A stretch of 64,000 nt of DNA from an uncultured Micavibrio sp. (GCA_964351195.1 CAYGNI010000001.1:5575-69574); one strand, 5' to 3'. Counted from the stretch's first letter, positions 30,130 to 40,565 are shown. Translations and numbers: made by a program. Notes: generated by a model from the letters alone, not told the origin.

Positions 30130-33100
30130 ATGGCTACAATTAATGGCACCAATCAATCAGAGACCCTGAATGGAACCGCGGGAAATGATACGATTAATGG
30201 GAAGGGCGGTGCCGACATCCTGAACGGCTCCTCTGGCAATGACACCTACATTTGGAATATAGGCGACGGAAACGATACGATCTTTGACCATTCAGGCACA
30301 GACGACAGAGTGAGCTTTGGCTCTGGTATAAGCGTCAGTAATGCTATCTTCACAATCTCTGGAAGAGACCTTTTGGTCTATATTGGCTCTGAGCAGTTAA
30401 CAATCCAGGATCATTTCAGAAAACAAGGATTTGGTGTTGGATTTGCAAACAAAATTGAGAAATTCGCCTTTGCGGACGGGACAGTGCTGAATGCCAATGC
30501 AGATTTAACGTTAAATGGAACCAATGGTGACGACAATATCTTCGCGACCTCAATAGAGATACCATTAGATGCCAAATTAAATGGACACGGTGGCAATGAC
30601 CTCCTCGACGGAACTCAGGGTAACGACATTCTAACTGGTGGAATCGGCGACGATAGACTGCAAGGGGGTATGGGCAACGACACCTATCATTGGAATTTGG
30701 GCGACGGAAACGACACCATTCAAGATTTCAGTGGGATGGATCAAATCATTTTTGGCGCAGGCATCGCCCCCGAAGATGTAACAATTTCGCAAATATCAAC
30801 TTTCAACAGCCCAGGATTATCGGCAATGACGGTGAATATTGGTGATAGCTTTATTACTATCGAAGATGCATTTATTGCCGGCGGGAATATGCTTCCAAAC
30901 GCAGTTGAAAAACTTGTTTTTGCAGATGGCACCGAAAGACGTATTGACCGCCACTTTACGCTGCACGGCACAGAAGGCAATGACGAACTCGTGACCAATG
31001 CGAATAGCATATACGAGAGCGACGATACGCTTTATGGGCTTGGTGGAAATGATCGCCTGTTTGGTAAAGCCGGAAACGACACCATATATGGTGGCGATGG
31101 GGATGATGACTTATTAGGAGGCGATGGGGACGACATCCTAAATGGTGGAACCGGTTTAGACACTGCTAACGGTGGTGCAGGAAGTGACACGTATGAGTGG
31201 AGCATTGGCGATGGCAACGACATTTTTTATACTACACAATTTGTAAGTGGCGATGTTAACACCATTGTTCTCGGCCCTGGTATAACAGCGAGTGACGTAT
31301 CGCTTTCAATTGAACAAAAAGCACCTCCCTCAAACCCACTCGCTGTGTATTTCTTAGACCTTTACTTGAATATAGGTGATGAAGTTATAACACTCGGTGA
31401 TCACTTTGTAGGCGATAATAGTCTTACCGATTTTGCCAATATCTTCGCAAAAATAGAATTTTCCAACGGTTCAACAATGAACCTCGATTATGCATCGATC
31501 GCTGGTGTAAGTGCGTCTGTTTCGAATTTGGGCGCGCAAATAAATGAAGATGCTACGCTGACCGTTACACAAAGCCAGCTCAGCCTGTCTATGGGTGGGA
31601 CACCTGTAGACCCATCCCAGATTATTTACACGTTGGATACAGCCCCTATTAAGGGACAGCTAACATTGCATAATGTCGAAATCAGCGCTGGTGGAACGTT
31701 CACTCAGGCTAATATCAACAGCGGCTCTATCAGATACGTCCCGAACTTAAACGTCGACACGGATGACAGCTTTGCTTTCACAGTATCCGCCAATGGTATG
31801 ACAATGCCGCAGGAAACATTTAACATCGACATTATCCCTGTAAACGACAGACCGAATGCCAATAATGACAGTGCCACATTGACGGAAAACACATCGAGAG
31901 TGATCAATGTTTTGAGCAACGACACAGACCCTGAAGGAAGCCCTCTCACGGTCACGATTCAATCAGGTCCTGTGCACGGAAATGTAACCGTCAACGCCAA
32001 TAAAACAATTACCTACACGCCTTTCGCGAACTACACCGGCTCGGACAGCTTTGTATATAAAGTGAATGACGGCGGCATCAATGGAACAGATACGGCGACC
32101 GTAAGTCTGACGGTCAATGATGACGGGATTCCAGAGTCTAACAGCCCGCCTGTCGCCAATAATGACAGTGCCACATTGACGGAAAACACATCGAGAGTGA
32201 TCAATGTTTTGAGCAACGACACAGACCCTGAAGGAAGCCCTCTCACGGTCACGATTCAATCAGGTCCTGTGCACGGAAATGTAACCGTCAACGCCAATAA
32301 AACAATTACCTACACGCCTTTCGCGAACTACACCGGCTCGGACAGCTTTGTATATAAAGTGAATGACGGCGGCATCAATGGAACAGATACGGCGACCGTA
32401 AGTCTGACGGTGAATAGTGACGGGATTCCAGAGCCTAACAGCCCGCCTGTCGCCAATAACGACAGTGCAACGCTGACGGAAAACACATCGAGAGTGATCA
32501 ATGTTTTGAGCAACGACACAGACCCTGAAGGAAGCCCTCTCACGGTCACGATTCAATCAGGTCCTGTGCACGGAAATGTAACCGTCAACGCCAATAAAAC
32601 AATTACCTACACGCCTTTCGCGAACTACACCGGCTCGGACAGCTTTGTATATAAAGTGAATGACGGCGGCATCAATGGAACAGATACGGCGACCGTAAGT
32701 CTGACGGTGAATGATGACGGGATCTCCGACCCGCCGCCGCCAACGAATATCGCGCCTGTCGCCAATAATGATACGATTACGCTCATCAGAGGATCGGCAA
32801 AGACAATCAATGTTTTATCAAATGATAGTGACGCGGATGGCGACAGTCTGAGAGTGACATTTAATACGAACCCAGCGCATGCAACTTTAAGTATGTCATC
32901 AAATGGGACACTCACACTCATTGCAAATTCGCAATATTCTGGCACATACTCGATTCAATACACCATTGACGATAACAATGGTGGCACTGATACTGGAACC
33001 GTTACAGTCCACGCCCAAAACCCAACCCCCGTTAACGGAAGTAGATTCGATAATGAAATTACAGGAACTAACGGCGTTGACATTATTTATGGTAGAGCAG

Positions 33101-33969
33101 GCGACGACGTTATTGCTGGTAATGATGGGGATGACGAACTGAATGGCGATGAGGGTAACGACATTGTCAGGGGCGGTAGCGGCGATGACTTCATTAAAGG
33201 CGGTAGCGGCGATGACAGACTGCTTGGTCAAGCCGGAGACGATAACATTAGAGGCGATAGTGGTGACGACACTATTATAGGTAATGGAGGAAACGACGTT
33301 CTCAGAGGCGGCAGCGGCGATGACTTCATCAAAGGCGGCGGTGGTGATGATAAGATCGTAGGCCAGTCAGGAAATGATACGCTCAAAGGTGGCGGACGCG
33401 ATGACTTAATCAAGGGTAATGGCGGAGAAGATACATTAATTGGCCAGGCTGGTGATGACACGCTTAAAGGCGGAGGCAGCCATGACACGCTCAAAGGTGG
33501 CGGCGGGAATGATACAATATTAGGTCAGACCGGTAATGACACGCTTCTTGGTCAAGCCGGTAACGACACCCTCAAAGGCGGGGGTGGAGACGATGTCCTT
33601 AAGGGTAACGGCGGCAACGACAAACTTATTGGCCAGGCCGGTGCAGATCAGCTCTATGGCGGCGCAGGAGCAGATACATTCGTCTTTGATACGAGCAACT
33701 TGAGAAACAATGGCAAAGATACCGTCATGGACTTCAAGAGAGGGCAGGGCGACAAATTGGATATCAGTTCCATCCTCCAGGGATACGATTCCAATGATGA
33801 CGTTATCACGGACTTTGTGAGCATCAATCAAGCCGGTAGAAACAGTGAAATCTTCATAAATCGTGATGGAAATGGTAATGATTTCGTGAAAATTGCAACG
33901 CTGTTGAATGTATCAGGTCTTAGCAATGAACAAGCGCTTGAAAATCAGGGCATCCTTATAACAGAATAA
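30130..33969 (+). CDS. Large RTX-type calcium-binding protein with cadherin-like tandem domains (probable type I secretion substrate/adhesin)
   Basis: N-terminal GNDTxxG/GDGNDTI modules. Four VINVLSNDTDPEG...-type ~99-aa Ig/cadherin-like repeats. A C-terminal block of GGxGxDxL/I nonapeptide repeats (GGSGDDFIKGGSGDDRLLGQAGDDNIRG...) is followed by an acidic tail. Confidence 0.9.
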   Translation: MATINGTNQSETLNGTAGNDTINGKGGADILNGSSGNDTYIWNIGDGNDTIFDHSGTDDRVSFGSGISVSNAIFTISGRDLLVYIGSEQLTIQDHFRKQGFGVGFANKIEKFAFADGTVLNANADLTLNGTNGDDNIFATSIEIPLDAKLNGHGGNDLLDGTQGNDILTGGIGDDRLQGGMGNDTYHWNLGDGNDTIQDFSGMDQIIFGAGIAPEDVTISQISTFNSPGLSAMTVNIGDSFITIEDAFIAGGNMLPNAVEKLVFADGTERRIDRHFTLHGTEGNDELVTNANSIYESDDTLYGLGGNDRLFGKAGNDTIYGGDGDDDLLGGDGDDILNGGTGLDTANGGAGSDTYEWSIGDGNDIFYTTQFVSGDVNTIVLGPGITASDVSLSIEQKAPPSNPLAVYFLDLYLNIGDEVITLGDHFVGDNSLTDFANIFAKIEFSNGSTMNLDYASIAGVSASVSNLGAQINEDATLTVTQSQLSLSMGGTPVDPSQIIYTLDTAPIKGQLTLHNVEISAGGTFTQANINSGSIRYVPNLNVDTDDSFAFTVSANGMTMPQETFNIDIIPVNDRPNANNDSATLTENTSRVINVLSNDTDPEGSPLTVTIQSGPVHGNVTVNANKTITYTPFANYTGSDSFVYKVNDGGINGTDTATVSLTVNDDGIPESNSPPVANNDSATLTENTSRVINVLSNDTDPEGSPLTVTIQSGPVHGNVTVNANKTITYTPFANYTGSDSFVYKVNDGGINGTDTATVSLTVNSDGIPEPNSPPVANNDSATLTENTSRVINVLSNDTDPEGSPLTVTIQSGPVHGNVTVNANKTITYTPFANYTGSDSFVYKVNDGGINGTDTATVSLTVNDDGISDPPPPTNIAPVANNDTITLIRGSAKTINVLSNDSDADGDSLRVTFNTNPAHATLSMSSNGTLTLIANSQYSGTYSIQYTIDDNNGGTDTGTVTVHAQNPTPVNGSRFDNEITGTNGVDIIYGRAGDDVIAGNDGDDELNGDEGNDIVRGGSGDDFIKGGSGDDRLLGQAGDDNIRGDSGDDTIIGNGGNDVLRGGSGDDFIKGGGGDDKIVGQSGNDTLKGGGRDDLIKGNGGEDTLIGQAGDDTLKGGGSHDTLKGGGGNDTILGQTGNDTLLGQAGNDTLKGGGGDDVLKGNGGNDKLIGQAGADQLYGGAGADTFVFDTSNLRNNGKDTVMDFKRGQGDKLDISSILQGYDSNDDVITDFVSINQAGRNSEIFINRDGNGNDFVKIATLLNVSGLSNEQALENQGILITE
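31861..32751 (+). repeat. Three near-identical in-frame 297-bp tandem repeats inside the RTX gene (a fourth, diverged copy starts about 32764)
   Basis: Repeat starts at 31861, 32158 and 32455 give an exact 297-nt period. By eye the copies differ at only a handful of positions. Confidence 0.9.
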
Positions 33970-33982
33970 CTGCGGATGCTAA

Positions 33983-35341
33983 TTAATAAACACCCAGCGA
34001 TTTGTAAATGCGCGCTACGCTCTCTGCTTGAGCGGCGCGCGCGCTGACAACAGCCGTTTCGGCATCATTCACACTGCGCTGCGCATCCAAAACGTCGAGG
34101 AAAGAAACCTCGCCTTCCTTAAATAAAGTCTGCGAAAGTTTGAGCGCTTTTTCCGCGCTGATATAAGCTTTGCTCAAAGACGCATGGCGCTCATTAATAT
34201 GCGCGTAATCGCTGAGGGCTGTCTCAACCTCGCTCACCGCTTCAAGCACAGTTTTACGGTACGTCTCAAACGCTTGCTTCTCGCGCGCACGCGCCGCATC
34301 AACCCGCCCCTCAATGCGCCCGAAATCAAGCAATGACACTGCCGCGCCAATCGCAATATTCCAAGGCGTCGCGCTATCTATCACCGCGCTATCCGCGATG
34401 CCGTAAAATCCGCTTAAAGTAAAACTGGGGAAGATTTCCGCCGTGGTGGCTTCCGCCAAAGACGTACTGGCTTCCAAAGCGGCCGCCGCTGCACGAACAT
34501 CCGGACGCAGTGCCAGAATTTGCGCCGGACTCATAAGAGCTGCACGCACCCCGCTGCCCGGTATCTCTGCATCACCAGCGACAATCGGCAAAACAACATC
34601 AGGCGTCAGGCCCGTTAAAACACTAAGGCGCAGCCGGGCATTTGCAGCTTGCCGTTCAAATTCAGGGACAGAAGCCCGCGTCGTATTGACAAGAGTTTCC
34701 GCACGCTCAACATCGAGCCGTGGCGCTTCGCCCAAGCGGAAAAGATCATTAACGAGGCTCAGCGTCTTTTCTTGTATCACCAAGTTTTTCTGGGCAATGC
34801 GTGTTTGGTTCTGCGCCGATCTGTAATCGATATAGGTCCGCACCACTTCCGCAATCAACGTCAGACTAACATCATCATACTGCTCTTGCGCAGCCTCCAA
34901 TGTTGAGTCTGCCGCAGAAAAGTTTTTGCGGTTCTTCCCGAAAACATCAAGCTCGAATGACGCATCAAACCGCGCATCATAAAAAGAATCCTCATTGCTG
35001 CCATTGACCTCCGTATCCTCTCGACCCGCAGAAGCCGAACCGTCAATTTGTGGGAACAGGAAAGAGCGCGAACTGCGGCGCAAACCGCGCGCTTCAAGAA
35101 TTTTTGCTTCTGCAATAAGGCGGTCTGGGCTCTCGCGCAAACTGTGCGATACCAGAGAGTTCAAAACAGGATCATCAAAACGCTTCCACCATTCATGCAA
35201 AGACTCCGCATTCACAATCTCAGCAGCCTGATGATTTTTCGCGGTCCAGCTTTGTGGTCCGGCAACTTCGGTATTCTCTAGACCGCCTGCAAAACACGCA
35301 CTTAAAACCAGACAGCTGGATAATAATAAATGTTTTTTCAT
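33983..35341 (-). CDS. Efflux outer-membrane lipoprotein (NodT/OprM family)
   Basis: Lipobox LVLSAC. Two TolC-like repeats. Last gene of the TetR-MFP-RND-OMF operon. Confidence 0.9.
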   Translation of the reverse strand: MKKHLLLSSCLVLSACFAGGLENTEVAGPQSWTAKNHQAAEIVNAESLHEWWKRFDDPVLNSLVSHSLRESPDRLIAEAKILEARGLRRSSRSFLFPQIDGSASAGREDTEVNGSNEDSFYDARFDASFELDVFGKNRKNFSAADSTLEAAQEQYDDVSLTLIAEVVRTYIDYRSAQNQTRIAQKNLVIQEKTLSLVNDLFRLGEAPRLDVERAETLVNTTRASVPEFERQAANARLRLSVLTGLTPDVVLPIVAGDAEIPGSGVRAALMSPAQILALRPDVRAAAAALEASTSLAEATTAEIFPSFTLSGFYGIADSAVIDSATPWNIAIGAAVSLLDFGRIEGRVDAARAREKQAFETYRKTVLEAVSEVETALSDYAHINERHASLSKAYISAEKALKLSQTLFKEGEVSFLDVLDAQRSVNDAETAVVSARAAQAESVARIYKSLGVY

Positions 35342-35345
35342 GCGC

Positions 35346-38300
35346 TTATTCTCCTGCTTTGCCGGTTATGTGCTCTTTTGAATGTGCTTTTTGGCCTGCC
35401 AGTTTCAATTCCAGGCTACGCAGCAAAACATAAAATACAGGCGTAAAAACCAATCCAAAGAACGTCACACCAAGCATGCCCGAGAATACGGCAATTCCAA
35501 TCGCCTGACGCATCTCTGCGCCCGCGCCTTGGCTGAGTGCCAGGGGCAACACACCCATGATGAAAGCAAACGACGTCATCAAGATCGGACGTAAACGCAA
35601 ACGAGACGCCTCAACAGCCGCATCAAGAACACTGCGTCCCTGGTGCTCCAGCTCGCGCGCAAACTCAACAATCAAAATCGCGTTCTTACACGCCAGCCCC
35701 GCCAGCACGAACAAACTAATCTGCGTAAAGATGTTGTTATCGCCATTTGTAAGATAAATTCCTATCAACGCAGACAAAATGCCCATCGGCACAATCATGA
35801 TGACCGCCAGCGGCAGCGTCAGGCTTTCATACTGCGCGGCCAAGACGAGGAACACAAAGAAAATACACAGCGGGAAGATATAGATCGCCGTATTCCCCGC
35901 CAGAATTTGCTGATACGTCAGCTCCGTCCACTCGAACTCAACACCTTGCGGCAAAGTTTCATTCAGAATCTTCGTGATCGCGGCTTGTGCCTGCCCGGAC
36001 GAATATCCCGGCGCAGCATTACCGTTCAGATCAGCAGAGCGGAATGCGTTATAACGCGATGCAATCTCCGGCCCGAAACTCTCTTCAACGCGAACAACAG
36101 ACCCCAAAGGCACCATCTGCCCGTTCGCATTACGCACCTGCAGGCGCAAAATATCCTGCGGCGTAGAGCGAAATTCTTTATCCGCTTGTGCAACGACTTG
36201 GTATGTGCGCCCGAACTGGTTGAAATCGTTCACATAAATTGAGCCTAGATAAATCTGCATTGTGCGGAAAATCTCATCAATCGGCAGACCGAGTTGCTGC
36301 GCTTTTGTGCGGTCAAGATCGACGTAAAGCTGTGGCACATTGATGTTGTATCCACTATAGACCCCAACCAAGGCCGGATCCGCATTCGCTTTTTGAACGA
36401 CTTCACCAACAATCTCCGACAATGCCTGATACCCCAGATCAATACGGTCTTCGATCTGTAATTTAAACCCGCCAGTAGTCCCTAGGCCGCGCACAGGCGG
36501 CGGCGGGAAGATCACAATAAACGCATCATCAATCGCGCTGTATTTTTGCTGCAGCCGTCCTGCAATCGCGCCCGCACTCAACTCCGATGACTTGCGTTCT
36601 TCAAAATCATCCAGCGGCACGAATACAATTCCCGCACTTGATGAATTCACAAACCCGTTAATCGACAGACCGGGGAATTGCACAGCATTCGAAACACCGT
36701 CTTCGCTCATCGCAATTTCACCCATCTGGCGCATCACATCTTCTGTGCGCTCAAGCGTCGCGCCCGGCGGCAATTGCGCAAAGCTGATCAGATATTGCTT
36801 ATCCTGCGCAGGCACAAATCCCGGCGGAACAAGGCTGAAGCTGAAATACGTTGCATAAACAAGCGCGCCAAACACAACCATCATGATCGCCTTACGACGG
36901 CCAAATACGCCTACACTCTTAGAATAGACATGCTGTCCTTTTCCAAAAGCCTTGTTGAACAGGTTAAAGAACCAGCCGAACAAAAAGTCCATCACCTTGG
37001 TGAGCTTATCGCGCTGCGCCTCACGAGGCTTGAGCAGCAAAGCCGACATCGCCGGGCTCAGCGTCAAAGAGTTAAAGGTCGAAATAAATGTCGCAATCAC
37101 AATCGTCAGCGCGAATTGCTTGTAAAACATGCCCGTCAAACCACTGATGAATGCAATCGGAATGAACACGCCGGCAATCACGAGCGAGGTCGCGATAATT
37201 GGCCCAGTCACCTCTTTCATCGCCTGAATTGTCGCATCGCGCGGCTTCTTACCTTCTTCAATATTCCGCTCCACGTTTTCAACAACAACGATGGCATCAT
37301 CAACCACAATCCCGACGGCCAGAATAAGTCCGAACAGGGACAGCACGTTAATCGAAAATCCAAGTGGCAGCATAATCGCAAATGTACCGACGATCGATAC
37401 AGGCACAGCCAGCAAAGGAATGATTGAGGCACGCCATGTCTGCAAGAAGACAATCACCACCAAAACCACCAGCATCACCGCTTCAATCAATGTGTGGATG
37501 ACGGAATCGATGGAATGACGCACGAACACGGTCGGGTCATAAACAATTTCGTAATCGACATCTTCGGGGAAGGTTTTCTTAAGCTCCGCCATCTTTGCCC
37601 GCACATCGCTGGACAGCTGCAAAGCATTGGCATCTGGTGCAGCAAAAATCGGAATCGCAACCGCTGGTTCGTTATTCAGCATAGAGCGCAGGGAATAGGT
37701 CTGCGCATCCAGCTCTGCATGCGCCACATCTCCCAGCCGCGTAATCACACCCTTTTCATCACGCTTGACGATAATGTCTTCGAATTCTTGCGCACTCGAA
37801 AGTCGCCCCTGCACATTCACTGGCAATTGCGTTTGCGTCTGATCGTCATAAGGCGGCCCGCCGATAACCCCCGCGGCAACCTGAATATTCTGACGGCGAA
37901 TAGCGCCAATAACCTCATCCGCGCTCATGCCGCGCTCGGCAATCTGATCAGGGTTCAGCCATACGCGCATCGCATAATCCCCGGACCCGAAAAGACGAAC
38001 CTGACCCACACCGGGAATTTTCGCCAACTGGTCTTTGATATTCAGCGTGCCGTAATTGCGCAAATACAGCATGTCATAGCGCGAATTCGGCGAGGTCAGG
38101 TGAACAACCATCGTCAAATCGGGCGAGCTTTTTACAACCGTAACGCCAAGCTCTCGCGTTACAGCAGGAAGCCGGGGCAGGGCCTGTGATACACGGTTCT
38201 GTACAAGCTGCTGCGCCAAATCGACATCGGTGCCAATCGCAAATGTCACCGTGATCGACAAACGGCCATCTGCCGTTGCCAGCGAGTTCATATAAAGAAG

Positions 38301-38528
38301 ATTCTCAACCCCGTTGATCTGTTCTTCCAATGGCGTGGCCACTGTCTCCGCAATCACCGAAGGGTTTGCGCCGGGGAAGCTTGCGCTGACCTGCACGGAT
38401 GGAGGTGAAACTTCGGGATATTCCGAAATCGGTAACTGAAAGAGCGCAATGGCTCCCAGCATAAAAATCACGAAGGAGAGCACACCGGCGAAGATTGGCC
38501 GGTCGATAAAATAGCCTGATAAATTCAT
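35346..38528 (-). CDS. Multidrug RND efflux permease (AcrB/MexF-like)
   Basis: 1,060 aa with the typical N-terminus FIDRPIFAGVLSFVIFMLGAIALFQLPISEYPEV. Confidence 0.93.
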   Translation of the reverse strand: MNLSGYFIDRPIFAGVLSFVIFMLGAIALFQLPISEYPEVSPPSVQVSASFPGANPSVIAETVATPLEEQINGVENLLYMNSLATADGRLSITVTFAIGTDVDLAQQLVQNRVSQALPRLPAVTRELGVTVVKSSPDLTMVVHLTSPNSRYDMLYLRNYGTLNIKDQLAKIPGVGQVRLFGSGDYAMRVWLNPDQIAERGMSADEVIGAIRRQNIQVAAGVIGGPPYDDQTQTQLPVNVQGRLSSAQEFEDIIVKRDEKGVITRLGDVAHAELDAQTYSLRSMLNNEPAVAIPIFAAPDANALQLSSDVRAKMAELKKTFPEDVDYEIVYDPTVFVRHSIDSVIHTLIEAVMLVVLVVIVFLQTWRASIIPLLAVPVSIVGTFAIMLPLGFSINVLSLFGLILAVGIVVDDAIVVVENVERNIEEGKKPRDATIQAMKEVTGPIIATSLVIAGVFIPIAFISGLTGMFYKQFALTIVIATFISTFNSLTLSPAMSALLLKPREAQRDKLTKVMDFLFGWFFNLFNKAFGKGQHVYSKSVGVFGRRKAIMMVVFGALVYATYFSFSLVPPGFVPAQDKQYLISFAQLPPGATLERTEDVMRQMGEIAMSEDGVSNAVQFPGLSINGFVNSSSAGIVFVPLDDFEERKSSELSAGAIAGRLQQKYSAIDDAFIVIFPPPPVRGLGTTGGFKLQIEDRIDLGYQALSEIVGEVVQKANADPALVGVYSGYNINVPQLYVDLDRTKAQQLGLPIDEIFRTMQIYLGSIYVNDFNQFGRTYQVVAQADKEFRSTPQDILRLQVRNANGQMVPLGSVVRVEESFGPEIASRYNAFRSADLNGNAAPGYSSGQAQAAITKILNETLPQGVEFEWTELTYQQILAGNTAIYIFPLCIFFVFLVLAAQYESLTLPLAVIMIVPMGILSALIGIYLTNGDNNIFTQISLFVLAGLACKNAILIVEFARELEHQGRSVLDAAVEASRLRLRPILMTSFAFIMGVLPLALSQGAGAEMRQAIGIAVFSGMLGVTFFGLVFTPVFYVLLRSLELKLAGQKAHSKEHITGKAGE

Positions 38529-38531
38529 GGA

Positions 38532-39728
38532 TTATTCCTCTTCGCTTGTTTCGTGGCTTTCAGGGATAGTGTCTTGAGGCGGTGTCTCATCCGCCATCTT
38601 CGCAGACACCGGCATACCCGGACGAATGCGCACAAGCCCGTCTGTGATAATCTTCTCGCCTTCTTCAAGCCCCGCCAAAATCACGCGTTTACCGTTAAAG
38701 CTTTCTCCAAGTTTCACCTCGCGGTATTTGGCAACCTTATCGCCGTTCACCGTGTAAACGAATTTTCGGTCCTGATCCGTGCCAATTGCGCGCTCTGAAA
38801 CCAGGATCTTGTTTTGATCGCCTGTACCGCCCATAAGCACGCTAACAGACATACCCGGCAGTAAAACCTTATCTTCATTTTCAAAAATGGCCCGCGCACG
38901 AATAGTCCCTGACGCAGGGTCAATGCGGTTATCAAAGCTATGAATAACGCCCTTATATTCTAAATCTTGATTAAGCACCTGCAGGCGAACAGGAACTTTT
39001 TCATCGCCATTTGCGCTCGCTTTCACACTGTTAAGATAGGTGCGCTCATCGACTTCAAAATCGGCATAAACCCGTTCATCATCAACAATGCTCGTTAACA
39101 GCGGCGCATTCGGACCGCTTTCAACCAGATTGCCTTCCGTGATTTCCGCGCGGCTGACCTTGCCAGAAATCGGGGCCTTCACATAGGCGTAATCCAAATC
39201 AATCTTTGCGCTTTCTACAACAGCCTTAGCGCCTTTAACAGCAGCCTCTGCCGCATCGCGCCGGTTGGTCCGCTCATCCAGCAAGCTTTGCGAAATCGCT
39301 TCGCTCGAAATCAAATTCACTGCGCGCTGATAGTCCTTTTCCGCCAAAGTGGCCTCGGTCATCGCGACATTTAACGCCGCTTGTGCTTGGTTCAAAGTCG
39401 CTTGATAAGGGCGCGGATCAATAACGATCAGGACATCACCTTTATCAACATGCTGCCCATCTTCAAAACGAAGCTCTGTAATACGGCCACTCACCTGCGG
39501 ACGAATCTCCGCACGATCGACCGCGACAATGCGACCCGAAAAATGCTTCCAAATCTGCACGGGCTCGGCCTTGATCTCTGCTATATCAACGGGCATCGCC
39601 TGCATACTTCCAGGTGCCCCGCCTTCGGCTATAGCTTTATGCGATGATTGGTTGAAAGTAATAACACCGCCACTAACCGCTGCGATTACTGCAATTCCCG
39701 CTATAATAATAAAAGTCCGTTTTTTCAT
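38532..39728 (-). CDS. RND efflux periplasmic adaptor (AcrA/MexE-like)
   Basis: Signal-anchor MKKRTFIIIAGIAVIAAV and lipoyl/hairpin motifs. An alternative start at 39740 is possible. Confidence 0.88.
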   Translation of the reverse strand: MKKRTFIIIAGIAVIAAVSGGVITFNQSSHKAIAEGGAPGSMQAMPVDIAEIKAEPVQIWKHFSGRIVAVDRAEIRPQVSGRITELRFEDGQHVDKGDVLIVIDPRPYQATLNQAQAALNVAMTEATLAEKDYQRAVNLISSEAISQSLLDERTNRRDAAEAAVKGAKAVVESAKIDLDYAYVKAPISGKVSRAEITEGNLVESGPNAPLLTSIVDDERVYADFEVDERTYLNSVKASANGDEKVPVRLQVLNQDLEYKGVIHSFDNRIDPASGTIRARAIFENEDKVLLPGMSVSVLMGGTGDQNKILVSERAIGTDQDRKFVYTVNGDKVAKYREVKLGESFNGKRVILAGLEEGEKIITDGLVRIRPGMPVSAKMADETPPQDTIPESHETSEEE

Positions 39729-39763
39729 GATATCTCTCATTCTCCCGATTAATCTTTAAGTGC

Positions 39764-40390
39764 CTACGCAGCGCCTTTCAGAGCGTACTGTTTGATCCCA
39801 ATCAGATCAAACAAGGCGTCTTCCATATTGTTCTCAATAAAACCCAGATCATTTTTAATGCGGGCCATAATGAGCTGACCAATAATAAAGGCGAAAATCT
39901 CATCCGCTTTTTTCGCCACATCGGTGCTCGGATCAATAAGCTCCAAAGTGGCAAGATCCCGCAAAGCATCTTCGTAATACCGCGTTTTTTTCGCGCAGAT
40001 AGAGGCAATCTTTTTGCCTACGCCTTCATCCTGCGGGGCAAGCTCTGATCCCAAAGTCGCAAAAGGACACCCGCAAACATGCCCTAATTCCTCAGAGATA
40101 GTGCGTTGCTGTTCAATGACATGCTGAACCATCCGTTTAAAACGCTCAAACGGTGGGTGCTCAGAAGCGAAAATTTCATCATATTGAAGCTTGGTCTCCT
40201 CCATGCAGGCATTCATGGTCTCAAGTGCCAAATCCACCTTCGAAGGAAAATAATGGTAAAAACTGCCCTTTTTAACGTCCGCTTTCTTACAGATTTCATC
40301 GACACTGACCGCGTTATAACTTTCGCTCCAGATAAGCTCCGTCGCAGTCTGAATCAGTTTCTCTTTTGTGTTGGTAGGGGCGCGTCCCAT
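39764..40390 (-). CDS. TetR-family transcriptional regulator
   Basis: N-terminal HTH KEKLIQTATELIWSESYNAVSVDEICKKADVKKGSFYHYFPSK. The start is placed at MGRAPTN so the operator palindrome stays upstream. Confidence 0.88.
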   Translation of the reverse strand: MGRAPTNTKEKLIQTATELIWSESYNAVSVDEICKKADVKKGSFYHYFPSKVDLALETMNACMEETKLQYDEIFASEHPPFERFKRMVQHVIEQQRTISEELGHVCGCPFATLGSELAPQDEGVGKKIASICAKKTRYYEDALRDLATLELIDPSTDVAKKADEIFAFIIGQLIMARIKNDLGFIENNMEDALFDLIGIKQYALKGAA

Positions 40391-40430
40391 AATGCTAAAA
40401 GTCCCAAAATTTTTACGTGTAAGACACATA

Positions 40431-40460
40431 TAATATATTTGACCGATCAGTCAAATATAT
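40431..40460. promoter_or_regulatory. Perfect 12-bp inverted repeat, probable TetR operator
   Basis: AATATATTTGAC-cgatca-GTCAAATATATT lies immediately upstream of the tetR-RND operon. Confidence 0.6.
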
Positions 40461-40565
40461 TTTTAGCTTTTAAGTTGAGACATGAAACAGAGCACTATTA
40501 GACAGAATCCAACTCTTTTTTGAAATCGTACTTTACTACCGGCTCAGCATAAACTTATTTCTTGA

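Noticed and set aside
31963-32556. Repeated 98-aa minus-strand ORFs (MNRDRERASFRV...), and the 297-bp periodicity as a possible CRISPR-like array.
   Set aside because: They are antisense shadows of the in-frame tandem repeats in the RTX gene. There are no short spacers alternating with ~30-bp repeats, so this is not a CRISPR array.
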